Shown: positions 32,466 through 43,790, counted from the first letter of the stretch. The stretch: DNA of 64,000 nt from Eledone cirrhosa (GCA_964016885.1 OZ024741.1:15066001-15130000); one strand, 5' to 3'. Numbers and translations are program-made. The notes: a model not told the origin generated them from the sequence alone.

Positions 32466-33075
32466 GATCAGACCAGCAAGGGAAAGACCAATGGAATCAG
32501 AGTTGATCCACTCTAACAATTATCTCCTGCCTTCTACTACGTGTTGAGACCTGTAGATAATATCAGCAATAGAAAGACAAATGGGAACATTGTTTCCTTG
32601 GTCCGACCTTGCAATTGGCTATTCTCTTCTGCAAACGGTTTAGATTGGCAGATAGTATCAACAATAGTAAGACCATTGGAAACATTGTTTCCCTGGTCCA
32701 ATCTGGCAATTGGCCGCTTTTTCTGCGATGGGTTTCGACATCCAGATAGTATCAGCGATGGTAAGACCAATGGAAACATAGTTTCTTTGGTCCACTCTAA
32801 AAATCAGCTCTTTTCTTAAGCTACGTGTTGAGACCGTTACATAATATCAGCAATAGTAAGACCAATAGGTACATTGTTTCCCTGGTCCGATCTGGCCATT
32901 CACCGCTTTCTTCTGCGAAGGCTTTCAACAGGTAGATTGTATCAGCAACAGAAATTCCAATAGAAGCATTGTTCCTTTGGTCGGATTTGACGATCCGGTG
33001 TTGCAGCTGACAGATAATATCAATAATGTAAAAACCAATGGAATCATTGTTTCCTTGGTTCGATCTGACAATCGG
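32466..33075. repeat. Diverged ~95-bp tandem array (about 7 units), each carrying the palindrome GACCAATGGAAACATTGTTTCCYTGGTC
   Basis: Conserved block GATARTATCAGCAATAGTAAGACCAATGGAAACATTGTTTCC-TGGTCCGA starts at ~32556, 32651, 32745, 32840, 32935 and 33013, with a partial unit at ~32466. Confidence 0.85.
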
Positions 33076-34019
33076 CTTCTTTCCGTTTCTTTTTCTCTAT
33101 CACTTCTTGATCCATTCATAAACGAAAACCCAAACTGATTGGATGATACCTAAACTGAACCTGTTTAACTGATACGAGAACCGTAATTAATGGTATTACT
33201 GTTAACACCCACAAATTATAATTATTTATCTTCATAATATTTCACCTATTTTGACATCTAAATATCATTTTTCATATATAATAACTATACATATGTGTGT
33301 ATGTGTATGTGTGTATGTGTATGGGTGTGTGTGTGAATGTAAATATGTATTTTATAAACACACTCTCTCACTCACATACACACGAACACACACGCATATC
33401 TATACATATATATACATATATGTGCATGTGTGTGTATTAGTTAGGTGTGTAACTACAGTTACAGGCGGCGATTCTACTTGATACATATATATATAATTAT
33501 ATATATGACTTAATCTTGTAATTCATGTAGTAACAACAAAATATAATATACAGATGTTTTAGATTTAATATATCTGACGTTAAAATCTAAAATAAAAATA
33601 ATCAGTTACTTGAAACCAATACAGTATATCATTTATCTGTTTCTCAAACAGCTAAATACTATGAGTCTCGCTATATTCTCTCTTTTATCAAATAGTGTTG
33701 ATATGCTATGATTGTATATGGAAACACTAGATTTATTCAGTATATTGTTTAAAGCCTCTTACCGAAATTAATCTGATATATTCTAATCTTTGCTCTCTAC
33801 TAACTTCAATAATTTCCGCTCTTACTTACGATTATTGGTGTGATACTGTAAACCATCTTAAGATTTTAATAAACACAGGTCGTAGTAACATTATTAACCA
33901 TTTCGTAACCGTTATTAACCATTTTATAACCATATTTCTAAGGAATTACAATACTTGTGATTTTCAAATAATTTTGACAATAAACAAGAATTTAGAAGGA
34001 TGTATTCATGCAACTAGCC

Positions 34020-34021
<2 letters not shown>

Positions 34022-34095
<74 letters not shown>
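34022..34095. repeat. (TC)n(TA)n microsatellite
   Basis: Seen directly. Confidence 0.95.
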
Positions 34096-34098
<3 letters not shown>

Positions 34099-34228
34099 AA
34101 GTTATATTTAAAATTGTTGGGTTACAACTAGTAAATATTTATAACTGATATAAAAGCACTCGACAAATATTTGGAGTATATTTACAATATTAAATAAATG
34201 GAAAACTATATTTATAAAACCATATTTA

Positions 34229-34291
34229 TTTCATTATATATATTTCGGGGATATCATATTAACAATATGCTATGCCTTCATCAGACAAAAT
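34229..34291 (-). ncRNA. Minimal hammerhead-ribozyme-like motif, type B (left arm of the inverted repeat)
   Basis: Reverse complement reads CUGAUGA-AGGCAUAGCAUAUU-GUU-AAUAUGAUAUCCCC-GAAA-UAUA-UA. Confidence 0.65.
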
Positions 34292-34648
34292 ACAATATAA
34301 ACAGTTTTATAGATAAATATATTCGACATACCGTAATAAACATCGACTTCATTTGAAGAGGTTTACGCTAGCAGTGAGAATACAGAGAGAAAGAAAGAGA
34401 GAAAAAAAAAGGGAGAAAAAAGAAAGAAAGACAAAACGAAGAAAAGGAAGAAAAAGAAGAAAAAGAAAAAGAAGAAATGCATGGAACAAAATAGAGAGAT
34501 GGAAAAATAGATAAAGCGAAGAGCTTCATGTAAAGAAACAGAAAGAGATATATATATTTGAGAGAGAGGAAATAGAGATAGATACATATATATATATAGA
34601 AAATTAGGTAGTGGGAGGTCATTTTGAGTAAGTGTATCAATGATACAT

Positions 34649-34679
<31 letters not shown>

Positions 34680-36833
34680 TTAGCTCAAGTATTAATGTAA
34701 GGGAGATATATAGAGAGATATAGAGAGATATAGAGAGAGAAAAAATTTAAAAATAGCCAGACATATTCGAGGCGTAGAAAACCCTATGTTTTAATGTATT
34801 AGTATTTATAAAACTTACACTATATTGTAAATATCAGTATTCCTGAATGAAACAAGTATCCATAATGTGTGAAAATTCATTATCTTATGTTTAGTTTTAA
34901 AAAATTCATATGTTTATGTGACAGCTACAAACATCAATGTGAATCCAACTGATTCACTCTGCAAACTCTAAGTTACCGGAAAACATTCTCAATGTGGTAT
35001 AAAAATTTGAGCGTATTATTATTCTTGCGATTACTCTACAAGATTATCTATCAAGCAGAAATAGAGAGCAGATTTCAATATACCAATCAAAAATATATAT
35101 TATATTATAAACAAAACTAAAAATAAAAATAAAAAGATAACAATAATGATAATAATAAGTAAAAATATAGAATAGAAAACTAAAAAAATATATTACGAAA
35201 GAATATTACATAATAAAAATATTGCATATTAAAAATACTACGTATTAAAAAATATTACGTATTAAAAATTTACATATTAAAGATATTAAAAATATTAAAA
35301 ATAAAAATAAAATAAAAATAAAAAATAAAAAATATTATAGAATACTACAATACTAAAAGAATAAAAATAAAAATAAAAATAAAAATAAAAATAAAAATAA
35401 AAATAAAAATAAACCACAAAGAACAACCCTTCAAAGTTAATTGACAATATATTGCCAAGTTCATTACAAGACAAAGCCAAAAATTATCTATCGAATCACA
35501 TCTAGCAAAGAACATCTCAAAAAGATTATGATGTCCAATTATGTCTACATATGTTCCCATATTTAATATAGAAGTTTATCTAGTGTAAGGTTAATTCAAA
35601 AAATTTGGAGCATCGGCTTTTAGGGTAGCTTAATTTTTCATGAGGAATGTTTAGATAAAAATAAATTCCCTTAACCTACGGACAAATTTATTCAGTTGTT
35701 GCAAACATAGATTAAACTCAACGTTTAAATATGAATTTAAATTTAAAATGTAGTATATTTAGTTTGATTTATATTTATATGAGAACTAGCCGATAAATTT
35801 TTTGATTCCTAAATCTTTGATTCCCCCTTTTTACTCTTTTTTTATTGTTTATTTTATTTTATTTATTTTTATTTTTATCTAAACATTCCTCATGAAAAAT
35901 TAAGCTACCCTAAAAGCCGATGCTCCAAATTTTTTGAATTAACCTTACACTAGATAAACTTCTATATTAAATATGGGAACATATGTAGACATAATTGGAC
36001 ATCATAATCTTTTTGAGATGTTCTTTGCTAGATGTGATTCGATAGATAATTTTTGGCTTTGTCTTGTAATGAACTTGGCAATATATTGTCAATTAACTTT
36101 GAAGGGTTGTTCTTTGTGGTTTATTTTTATTTTTATTTTTATTTTTATTTTTATTCTTTTAGTATTGTAGTATTCTATAATATTTTTTATTTTTTATTTT
36201 TATTTTATTTTTATTTTTAATATTTTTAATATCTTTAATATGTAAATTTTTAATACGTAATATTTTTTAATACGTAGTATTTTTAATATGCAATATTTTT
36301 ATTATGTAATATTCTTTCGTAATATATTTTTTTTAGTTTTCTATTCTATATTTTTACTTATTATTATCATTATTGTTATCTTTTTATTTTTATTTTTAGT
36401 TTTGTTTATAATATAATATATATTTTTGATTGGTATATTGAAATCTGCTCTCTATTTCTGCTTGATAGATAATCTTGTAGAGTAATCGCAAGAATAATAA
36501 TACGCTCAAATTTTGATACCACATTGAGAATGTTTTCCGGTAACCTAGAGTTTGCAGAGTGAATCAGTTGGATTCACATTGATGTTTGTAGCTGTCACAT
36601 AAACATATGAATTTTTTAAAACTAAACATAAGATAATGAATTTTCACACATTATGGATACTTGTTTCATTCAGGAATACTGATATTTACAATATAGTGTA
36701 AGTTTTATAAATACTAATACATTAAAACATAGGGTTTTCTACGCCTCGAATATGTCTGGCTATTTTTAAATTTTTTCTCTCTCTATATCTCTCTATATCT
36801 CTCTATATATCTCCCTTACATTAATACTTGAGC

Positions 36834-36864
<31 letters not shown>

Positions 36865-37224
36865 ATGTATCATTGATACACTTACTCAAAATAACCTCCC
36901 ACTACCTAATTTTCTATATATATATATATGTATCTATCTCTATTTCCTCTCTCTCTATATATATATATATCTCTTTCTGTTTCTTTACATGAAGCTCTTC
37001 GCTTTATCTATTTTTCCATCTCTCTATTTTGTTCCATGCATTTCTTCTTTTTCTTTTTCTTCTTTTTCTTCCTTTTCTTCGTTTTGTCTTTCTTTCTTTT
37101 TTCTCCCTTTTTTTCTCTCTTTCTTTCTCTCTGTATTCTCACTGCTAGCGTAAACCTCTTCAAATGAAGTCGATGTTTATTACGGTATGTCGAATATATT
37201 TATCTATAAAACTGTTTATATTGT

Positions 37225-37288
37225 ATTTTGTCTGATGAAGGCATAGCATATTGTTAATATGATATCCCCGAAATATATATAATGAAAT
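37225..37288 (+). ncRNA. Minimal hammerhead-ribozyme-like motif, type B (right arm)
   Basis: CTGATGA at 37232, long helix II (CATATT/AATATG core, two mismatches further out), GAAA at 37270, palindromic AUAUAU in the helix III position. Helix I is imperfect. Confidence 0.65.
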
Positions 37289-37327
37289 AAATATGGTTTT
37301 ATAAATATAGTTTTCCATTTATTTAAT

Positions 37328-37331
<4 letters not shown>

Positions 37332-37406
<75 letters not shown>
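37332..37406. repeat. (TA)n microsatellite abutting the 3' end of the type-B element
   Basis: Seen directly. Confidence 0.95.
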
Positions 37407-37409
<3 letters not shown>

Positions 37410-37589
37410 TATACATTAAGAAAGATGCTGATGTTACATATATATATATAATTATTTGAAGAACAGGCAGATAAAATTTACGTAAGTTTTCTTCTTAGTC
37501 CAGAGAAATTAACTAAATAAAAATCAATTAAACGGAGCTAAGTTTAAAATGTAAGTGTGAGGAAATAATACCAATATCCATCTTGCCCC

Positions 37590-37672
37590 GACTCTCGACA
37601 GTTTCGCTTGTGTTATGCGAAAATGTGTAATCGTTGCATTATCACCGAGGCCTCAAGCTTATCAAGGGACTC
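37590..37672 (-). ncRNA. Degenerate hammerhead-like motif, type D (U3-A8 core, long helix II)
   Basis: Minus strand reads GAGUCCC-UUGAUAA-GCUUG...CAAGC-GAAAC-U-GUC-GAGAGUC. Helix II closes with 5 bp and helix I pairs at 5/7 positions. Confidence 0.45.
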
Positions 37673-38254
37673 CCTCAGTTAGGACCGATTTTTTCCCAAA
37701 ATGATCGCTGCCAGTAACAAATTCTAAAGGGGTGAAAATTACCACGTGGCTAGCGGTCAAGATAGAAATGTTGTGAAGGGTAGACTGGTGCTAGAAGAAA
37801 TAGTTCGTTACAGCCTAATTTTACTCAACCGTATATAAGAGTGTAAAAGTCTGAGAAAGGTTCGTGTCGACTTCTCTGACTTGTCACCTGCACTTCCTTC
37901 TTGACGAAGTTCCACTGCTTCATCCTGGAGACGAATGCTTAAAACACAATTTACCCTTTATTCAGGGTGCGAAAATCCAGTATCAATAAATCTCTTTAAT
38001 CCACTTTTTAACAATTTTATACTTTATTGCATTTTTATAATGTTCGTTAGGTATTACTCTTTATTTTATAATTTTAATTTAACCTGAAACATATATAAAA
38101 AAAATCATTTAACATAAGCAAATTAAACTTACATACAACGTAAAATCCAGCATACAAATAATTCTAGCGAATAGCTTAGAATTTTTACAAACCCAAACTT
38201 TTAACTGTTTAATAACACTTTTTATTTATTTATTTGGGCCCTAAGCAACACAAA

Positions 38255-38307
38255 AAAGTGATTACAAGCCAGGAACAGAGAAAAACATTTTTTGGGGTTA
38301 CACGGTG
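38255..38307 (+). mobile_element. Orphan DNA-transposon terminus ...GTTACACGGTG followed by TAA
   Basis: Shares the terminal 11-mer GTTACACGGTG and a nearby GGAACA motif with the terminus at 39681. Confidence 0.6.
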
Positions 38308-38332
38308 TAATCAAATGTTTGTGTATAAAATG

Positions 38333-38368
<36 letters not shown>

Positions 38369-38395
38369 CATTTTATACACAAACATTTGATTACA
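38306..38395. repeat. Perfect 90-bp palindrome centred on (TA)15
   Basis: TGTAATCAAATGTTTGTGTATAAAATGTAA-(TA)15-TTACATTTTATACACAAACATTTGATTACA. Confidence 0.95.
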
Positions 38396-38435
38396 GAGAA
38401 GTCGACACGAACCTTTCTCAGGCTTTTACACTCTT

Positions 38436-39398
38436 GGGGATGGCCTCTGCTTCTGCTATGACGTGCCTGGACTGTTTGACGTTATTGGGGTGCCGTTTGT
38501 GCCCAAGGAGTGGCGGCTATTTATAGACAGCCCCACCACAAGTTTGAAGACTGTCCTCCTCCACAATGGAAACAAGTTCCCGACACTGCTCCTAGCTCAT
38601 TCAGTCTGCCTGAAGGAAGATTACTACAGTGTGAAAGTCCTCTTGGAAGCTCTGCAATACAGCCAGTACAATTGGGAAATCATTGGACTCCAAGGTGGCT
38701 TTAGCAAATTCCAATGCTTCCTCTGCCTTTGGGACAGCAGAGCCACCTCTGACCACTACAAAAGAAAGAACTGGAAGCAGCGAACAGAATTTGTAGTTGG
38801 GACCCAGAACGTCATGTGGGAGCCACTGGTTGATCCCAGGATTGTGCTCATGCCGCCACTGCACATTAAGTTGGGGTTGATGAAGCAGTTTGTGAAGGCT
38901 CTCAACCAAGAATCAGCCGCTTTTAAGTACCTTCTTGAGTTCTTCCCCAAGTTATCTGAGGCCAAAATCAAAGGTGGAATTTTTGTTGGACCTCAGATAA
39001 AGAAGGTGTTTGAGTCTACCGAGTTCTCCAATAAGCTCAATAGGATTGAGAGAACAGCATGGAACTGTTTCAAGGCAGTTGTTAAGGGCTTCCTGGTCAA
39101 CTACAGAGCTGAAAACTACCAGCAATTGGTGCAGGATCTGATAAAGGCTTTTGGCGCCATGGGATGCAGGATGTCGCTTAAACTCCATATGCTGGACGCT
39201 CACCTGGAAAAATTCAAGGACAATATGGGCCCCTACTCGGAAGAACAAGGCGAACGATTCCACCAAGATGTGAAAGAGATAGAGTGGAGGTACCAGGGCC
39301 ACTACAATGAAAAAATGATGGGGGACTATATCTGGGGGCTAGTGCGGGAATGTGACCTGGACTACAACCGCAAATCCAAGAAATCCAGTCATTTCTGA
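38436..39398 (+). pseudogene. 5'-truncated DDE transposase, Chapaev/Chapaev3-like (CMC group)
   Basis: Motifs EWRLFIDS, LLHNGN, CFLCLWDSR, PPLHIKLGLMKQFVKA, SEAKIKGGIFVGPQI, MGCRMSLKLH and EEQGERFHQD. The frame extends upstream of the GTG start (DGLCFCYDV) to an abrupt junction at 38436. The GD-x-K segment expected after WEIIG appears deleted. Family assignment is from motif recall and the GTG/TWA terminus. Confidence 0.82.
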
Positions 39399-39681
39399 CG
39401 TGTATAAGTTGCTTTATAAGTGCTATTTGTTTTTACTTGTTTGCTTTTGATAAGCTTGTGTAATAAAATAAATATATACTCTGTTGATTTAATTATATGA
39501 ACTGATACATTTTTTTAAAATGTGTTTTTTCTTGAAAAATATGAAAATTTTGAAATATCAAACTCCTGACCACAAACCCAAACTTCTGATTAAATAATAG
39601 TGTTTTTTTAAAATAATAATGGGATATAACAAACCATGAAATGACACTTAGAACCGGGGAACAAAAATATGTTACACGGTG
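38436..39681 (+). mobile_element. Right half of a Chapaev-like DNA transposon
   Basis: Transposase remnant, AT-rich 3' region with AATAAA, and terminus ...TGTTACACGGTG followed by TTA. No matching left terminus was seen. Confidence 0.75.
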
Positions 39682-39780
39682 TTATTAATGACTTCTCTAT
39701 CCCTATGTTGTGGTTCTTGTGTGACTCTCTAATCTCTCTAATTATGCGTATGGGAAAGATTCTATCAAGTTGATGTTTAA

Positions 39781-39995
39781 AGGTGGTGGGTTTGCAGAAT
39801 TGGTAAAACCTCGAAATATTACTTCATGGTCTTTGTTCCGTCTCTTTGTTTATTTCATTTAAGGGTCAAAGTTTTCTTTCATCTTTTTGTAGGATCGATA
39901 CAATAAAGTACCAGTCATTTACTGAGGTTTACATAATCGACTTTCCCCTTCTCCTAAATTTAATAGCCTTATGCTTATATTAGAAACCATTATTA
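39781..39995 (+). mobile_element. Degenerate tRNA-derived SINE
   Basis: GGTGGTGGGTTTGCAGAAT head, TTTCATC...TCGATA...AAAGTACCAG body, GCCTTATGC...TTAGAAACCATTATT tail. Homologous to the copies at 40001 and 50474. Confidence 0.7.
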
Positions 39996-40000
39996 ATGTT

Positions 40001-40212
40001 GACAGCAACGGTAGAGCGTCAGACAACATGCTTTATGGCATAGAGTTATGGCCCTTTACGTTCTAATTTCAAACCTTGCCGAGGTTAGCTCTGCCTTTCA
40101 TCCTTACGGAGTCGATAAAATATAGTACCAGTAACGTACTGGGGTCGATTTAATCGATGTTGCCCTCCCTCAAAATTGCTGGCCTTGTGCCTGAATTAGA
40201 AATCATTATTAT
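40001..40212 (+). mobile_element. tRNA-derived SINE (second of a tandem pair)
   Basis: GCCTTTCATCCTTACGGAGTCGATAAAATATAGTACCAG...ACTGGGGTCGATTTAATCGA...GGCCTTGTGCCT...AGAAATCATTATTAT. Confidence 0.85.
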
Positions 40213-40329
40213 GTTGGTCTCTGGAACATAACTTAACAAAGTTTCTGTCATAAAACTATGATGAAAGGATTTTTAGGTAAATTTAGACATTTTAAATTAA
40301 ATAGTTCTGTGTCGTAAAAGCAGGGTTGG

Positions 40330-40362
40330 GTTGGTTCAGGCGGTTTGGTATAAATGGGTTAA
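40330..40362. mobile_element. Possible piggyBac-like terminus (...AAATGGG-TTAA)
   Basis: GGG followed by TTAA matches the piggyBac end rule. No partner terminus was found. Confidence 0.25.
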
Positions 40363-40702
40363 TAAGACATATGTTTATAATCCAGTATTTAATGTCTGAT
40401 AATTCTAGAAGAAAAAACATTAATTCTTAGAGATTTATCTGTCTAAATCAAAATCTGCAAGGAATTTTGTCATCAAGTAAATTATTTTAAATCCACAGCA
40501 GAATCATCGGAGTCATGATATCATATCATTTACAATTCTACTTCGAAAACATTTTGTCTTGAAATATAAGTAAATTTAACATTTAACCAGAAATCAAGTT
40601 CCACGTGTTTTAAATTAGACGGAATTAATTAAAAATAAGTAGAACTTAAATTATATACTTTAAGATCATTAAAACATATATACCTGATATATATACCTGA
40701 TG

Positions 40703-40743
<41 letters not shown>

Positions 40744-40781
40744 GATATAAATATATATGTATATATATATATATGTATATA

Positions 40782-40845
<64 letters not shown>

Positions 40846-41045
40846 TATACATGATATATATATATTGAAAAAAGAAAGTAAAGAAAAAAAGAAAGTAAGG
40901 GAACCTTTAGAAACATTATATGAATACAAATTAGTGAGCGTAAGACTAGCGAACAACGTGGAATATTCTTATAAATTCATTATATCACCTTTGAAGAGGT
41001 GGGAGGGACACATTGTACAACGTAGACCTCGCTAAACTGTGTGTG

Positions 41046-41115
41046 TACGAGGGTCGGCTGAAATGTTCATAAGCTGAAATGTCCATAGGTTGACCAAGAT
41101 ACTCTCATGGAATGA
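41046..41115 (+). mobile_element. Possible mariner-type TIR fragment
   Basis: TA-CGAGGGTCGGCTGAAATGTTC resembles mariner TIR starts (TA-CGAGGG...GAAAAGT). No partner was seen. Confidence 0.4.
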
Positions 41116-41129
41116 GCAGATTCCTCAAA

Positions 41130-41687
41130 TATTCTTTCTAGCGGGTGCTGTCCGAGGGTACTGATCCGACTGGATCCTCAAGCGAGATGAACCGAATTCA
41201 AGGATCTTATCCAACCATCTTGCTCGGAATCTACCCCTGGGTCTCCTGCCGGGTGGTTTTGCCCGTAAAATCTGTCTAGAGATTATTTCCTAAGACACTG
41301 GAGCACGTAATATCAGAGCTGTGGTCTCTCAATTAGGAGAAGTTATTAATCTACTCCGGATGACTCTCTGATCTCCGAGCTAGGCACTCTATCGAGTAAC
41401 GTTACTCCAAACACCTTTCTGAGGGACGCCATTTCAGGTACTTGTTTCGTGAGGGTATTTCGGTCATTACCCAACATTCATGACTGTAGGTAAGGGCACG
41501 AATAACGAATTGGAGATAGTAAGTTTCGCTTTTACACCTACCTGTCTTCTTCTGATTATCAAATGCTGAACCTGGTGCGTTACTGCACTAGCTCTTAATT
41601 CCTGCTCTTAATTCAGCCTCCTGCCTTTCAGTACTCGCCAACAAGGCCTCCAGATACTTGAACTTCTCCACCTGCTTCAATGCTTCA
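41130..41687 (-). mobile_element. Decayed 3' part of an RTE-like LINE ORF
   Basis: Minus-strand frames give LKQVEKFKYL, KAKL, YSHECWVMTE, EMASLRKVFGVTLLDRV and RRPRGR..ARWLDKI, with frameshifts and stops. Confidence 0.8.
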
Positions 41688-41712
41688 ATAAACATATATG
41701 ACACAGTTATGC

Positions 41713-41787
<75 letters not shown>

Positions 41788-41816
41788 AAATCTGTGAGAT
41801 CTTTCGTACAGTTAGG

Positions 41817-41954
41817 TATATTTAAAAAAAGGAAAAGAATGACTTCAATTGTAGTTCTAAACAATTTGATTTAATTTTATAATATTATAATATTATAAAA
41901 TTAAATCAAATTATTTAAAACTACAAGTGAAGTCATTCTTTTCCTTTTTTTCAA

Positions 41955-41959
<5 letters not shown>
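41817..41959. repeat. ~140-bp AT-rich fold-back hairpin between microsatellites
   Basis: AAAAAAAGGAAAAGAATGACTTCA...AATTTGATTTAATTTTATAATATT is mirrored by AATATTATAAAATTAAATCAAATT...TGAAGTCATTCTTTTCCTTTTTTT with a few mismatches. Confidence 0.9.
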
Positions 41960-41988
<29 letters not shown>

Positions 41989-42198
41989 TGTGTGTGTGTG
42001 TGTGTGTGTTGTGTGTGTGTGTGTGTTGTGTGTGTATATGTATATAAACATGTGTGTATAAGTGTGTTGAGTGTGGGGTGGAGTTTGTGTATGTGTGCGG
42101 AAGAAACTGGAAAAGACTCCGCAAAACTATAATTTGATGGTTGGGAATATAGAAAACAAAATAAATGAATATATGTATATATATACACATATAGATAC

Positions 42199-42233
<35 letters not shown>

Positions 42234-42377
42234 TATAGATATACACAATATATACATATATACACGCACACACACACATATATATATATACATACATATA
42301 TACACACATAGAGATACATATGTATATATATATGTGTGCGTGTGTGTATATATATATGTATGTATATATATATATAT

Positions 42378-42637
42378 TTCTAAAAAACAAATCATACACA
42401 AAACGCCAGCACCAATAGTTTTGGAAGAGATGTCAACATGAATGGACCTGTTATTTTTATCTAAAGACATTTTTTCAAATTCCAACCCACCCGTCCCCTC
42501 AATCTATCTTATTTTTCATTTTTTCTTTTGATGAAGGACTAGCGTCTGAAACGTTAAGACCTCCTTGGTGCTATATCAATCGTTAACCTACTATATCCCT
42601 CCCATATACGATTGTGTTGTTATTTCTGTTTACCTTT

Positions 42638-42641
<4 letters not shown>
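42378..42641 (+). mobile_element. ~265-bp non-coding dispersed element (type A) carrying a hammerhead-like motif, flanked by (TA)n
   Basis: Homologous to 44030-44308(+), 47477-47626(+) and 47644-47912(-). Ends ...GTTTACCTTTTACA then (TA)n. Confidence 0.85.
42524..42559 (+). ncRNA. Minimal hammerhead-like motif, type A (U3 variant)
   Basis: UCUU-UUGAUGA-A-GGAC-UAGC-GUCU-GAAAC-GUU-AAGA. Confidence 0.6.
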
Positions 42642-42684
<43 letters not shown>

Positions 42685-42711
42685 TCCCTTATTATATATA
42701 TCTAAATCGTC

Positions 42712-42747
<36 letters not shown>

Positions 42748-42846
42748 AAGAAAGAAAGAAAGAAAGAGAAAGAGAGAAAGAGAAAGAGAGAAAGAGAAAG
42801 AGAGAGAAAGGGAGATAGAAAGAGAGAGAGAGAGGGAGAGAGAGAA
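42712..42846. repeat. GA-rich microsatellite
   Basis: Seen directly. Confidence 0.9.
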
Positions 42847-43192
42847 AACATAGGTGAAAGTGAAGGAGAAAAAGTTAAGAAGAGGCAAGAATTAGAGAGT
42901 GTAGACAATAAAGAGCAACGAACGTAGAGGAGATTTGGATTAAGTGGGAGTTCTGTCGTAAGCTGTGGCTTGAAATAAAAGAAAATGAGATTTCTACGTC
43001 ACCACTGCCATCACCATCACACTTCTACCATTCTTCCTCTATCTCTCCCTCCATAGTTATAATATACCCCCCCCCCCCCCCTGCAGTTCATGATTCCATG
43101 TATTGCCCTCCATTTGCCATCCAAGATGTCCGTCATAACAATGGTGAATCACAAGCAACAATGGACGCCAATTACTCAAGACGATCGTTTTC

Positions 43193-43660
43193 TGGTGATG
43201 GTGGGGGGTGTAATGTTGTGGTAGGTGATGGTAGTGATGGTGGTGGTTGTGGTGGTGGTGGTGGTGGTGGTGGTGGTGGTGGTGGTGGTGGTGATGGTAT
43301 TGGTTGTGGTGGTGGTGCTGGTGGTGCTGGTGGTGGTATTGTTGTGCTTGTGGTGGTGATGGTGGTGATGGTGGTGGTGGTGATGGTATTGGTTGTGGTG
43401 GTGGTGCTGGTGGTGCTGGTGGTGGTATTGTTGTGCTTGTGGTGGTGATGGTGGTGGTGGTAATGATGGTATTGTTGTGCTTGTGGTGGTAGTCGTGGTA
43501 ATGTTTGTGGTGGTGGTGGTAGTGATGGTATTGGTTGTGGTGGTGGTGGTGGTGGTAATGGTGGTGGTGGTAGTGATGGTAGTGGTGGTGGCAGTGGCGG
43601 TGGTATGTGTTGTCGTGGTGGTAATGGTGGTAGTGATGGTAGAGGTGGTGGTAGCGGAGG
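43193..43660. repeat. (GGT)n-derived low-complexity tract with an internal ~87-bp duplication
   Basis: GATGGTATTGGTTGTGGTGGTGGTGCTGGTGGTGCTGG occurs at ~43293 and ~43382. Confidence 0.85.
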
Positions 43661-43790
43661 TGAATCTGAGATTCGGAATGGGAGTTTACTGGGTTTAATA
43701 GTAAAATTTTATTAAAAGCCGGAGAGAGAGTGTACGTGAATGTACATGCACACGTGTGTGTCTGTGTGCGTGTGTATGTTTGTTTCTATG

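Larger units (their letters stand above)
34183..37333. repeat. Large inverted repeat: arms 34183-35665 and 35868-37333, spacer ~200 bp
   Basis: Arms are near-identical reverse complements, and the same spurious ORFs appear at 35345-35560(-) and 35973-36170(+). Differences are mostly in simple-repeat length. Confidence 0.96.

Noticed and set aside
32466-33075. CRISPR array
   Set aside because: The linkers are homologous to each other, the repeats are highly diverged, no cas genes are present, and the context is eukaryotic.
34363-37167. Duplicated small ORFs (MGTYVDII..., MYLSLFPL...)
   Set aside because: They are duplicated only because of the inverted repeat and run into simple repeats. No recognisable protein.
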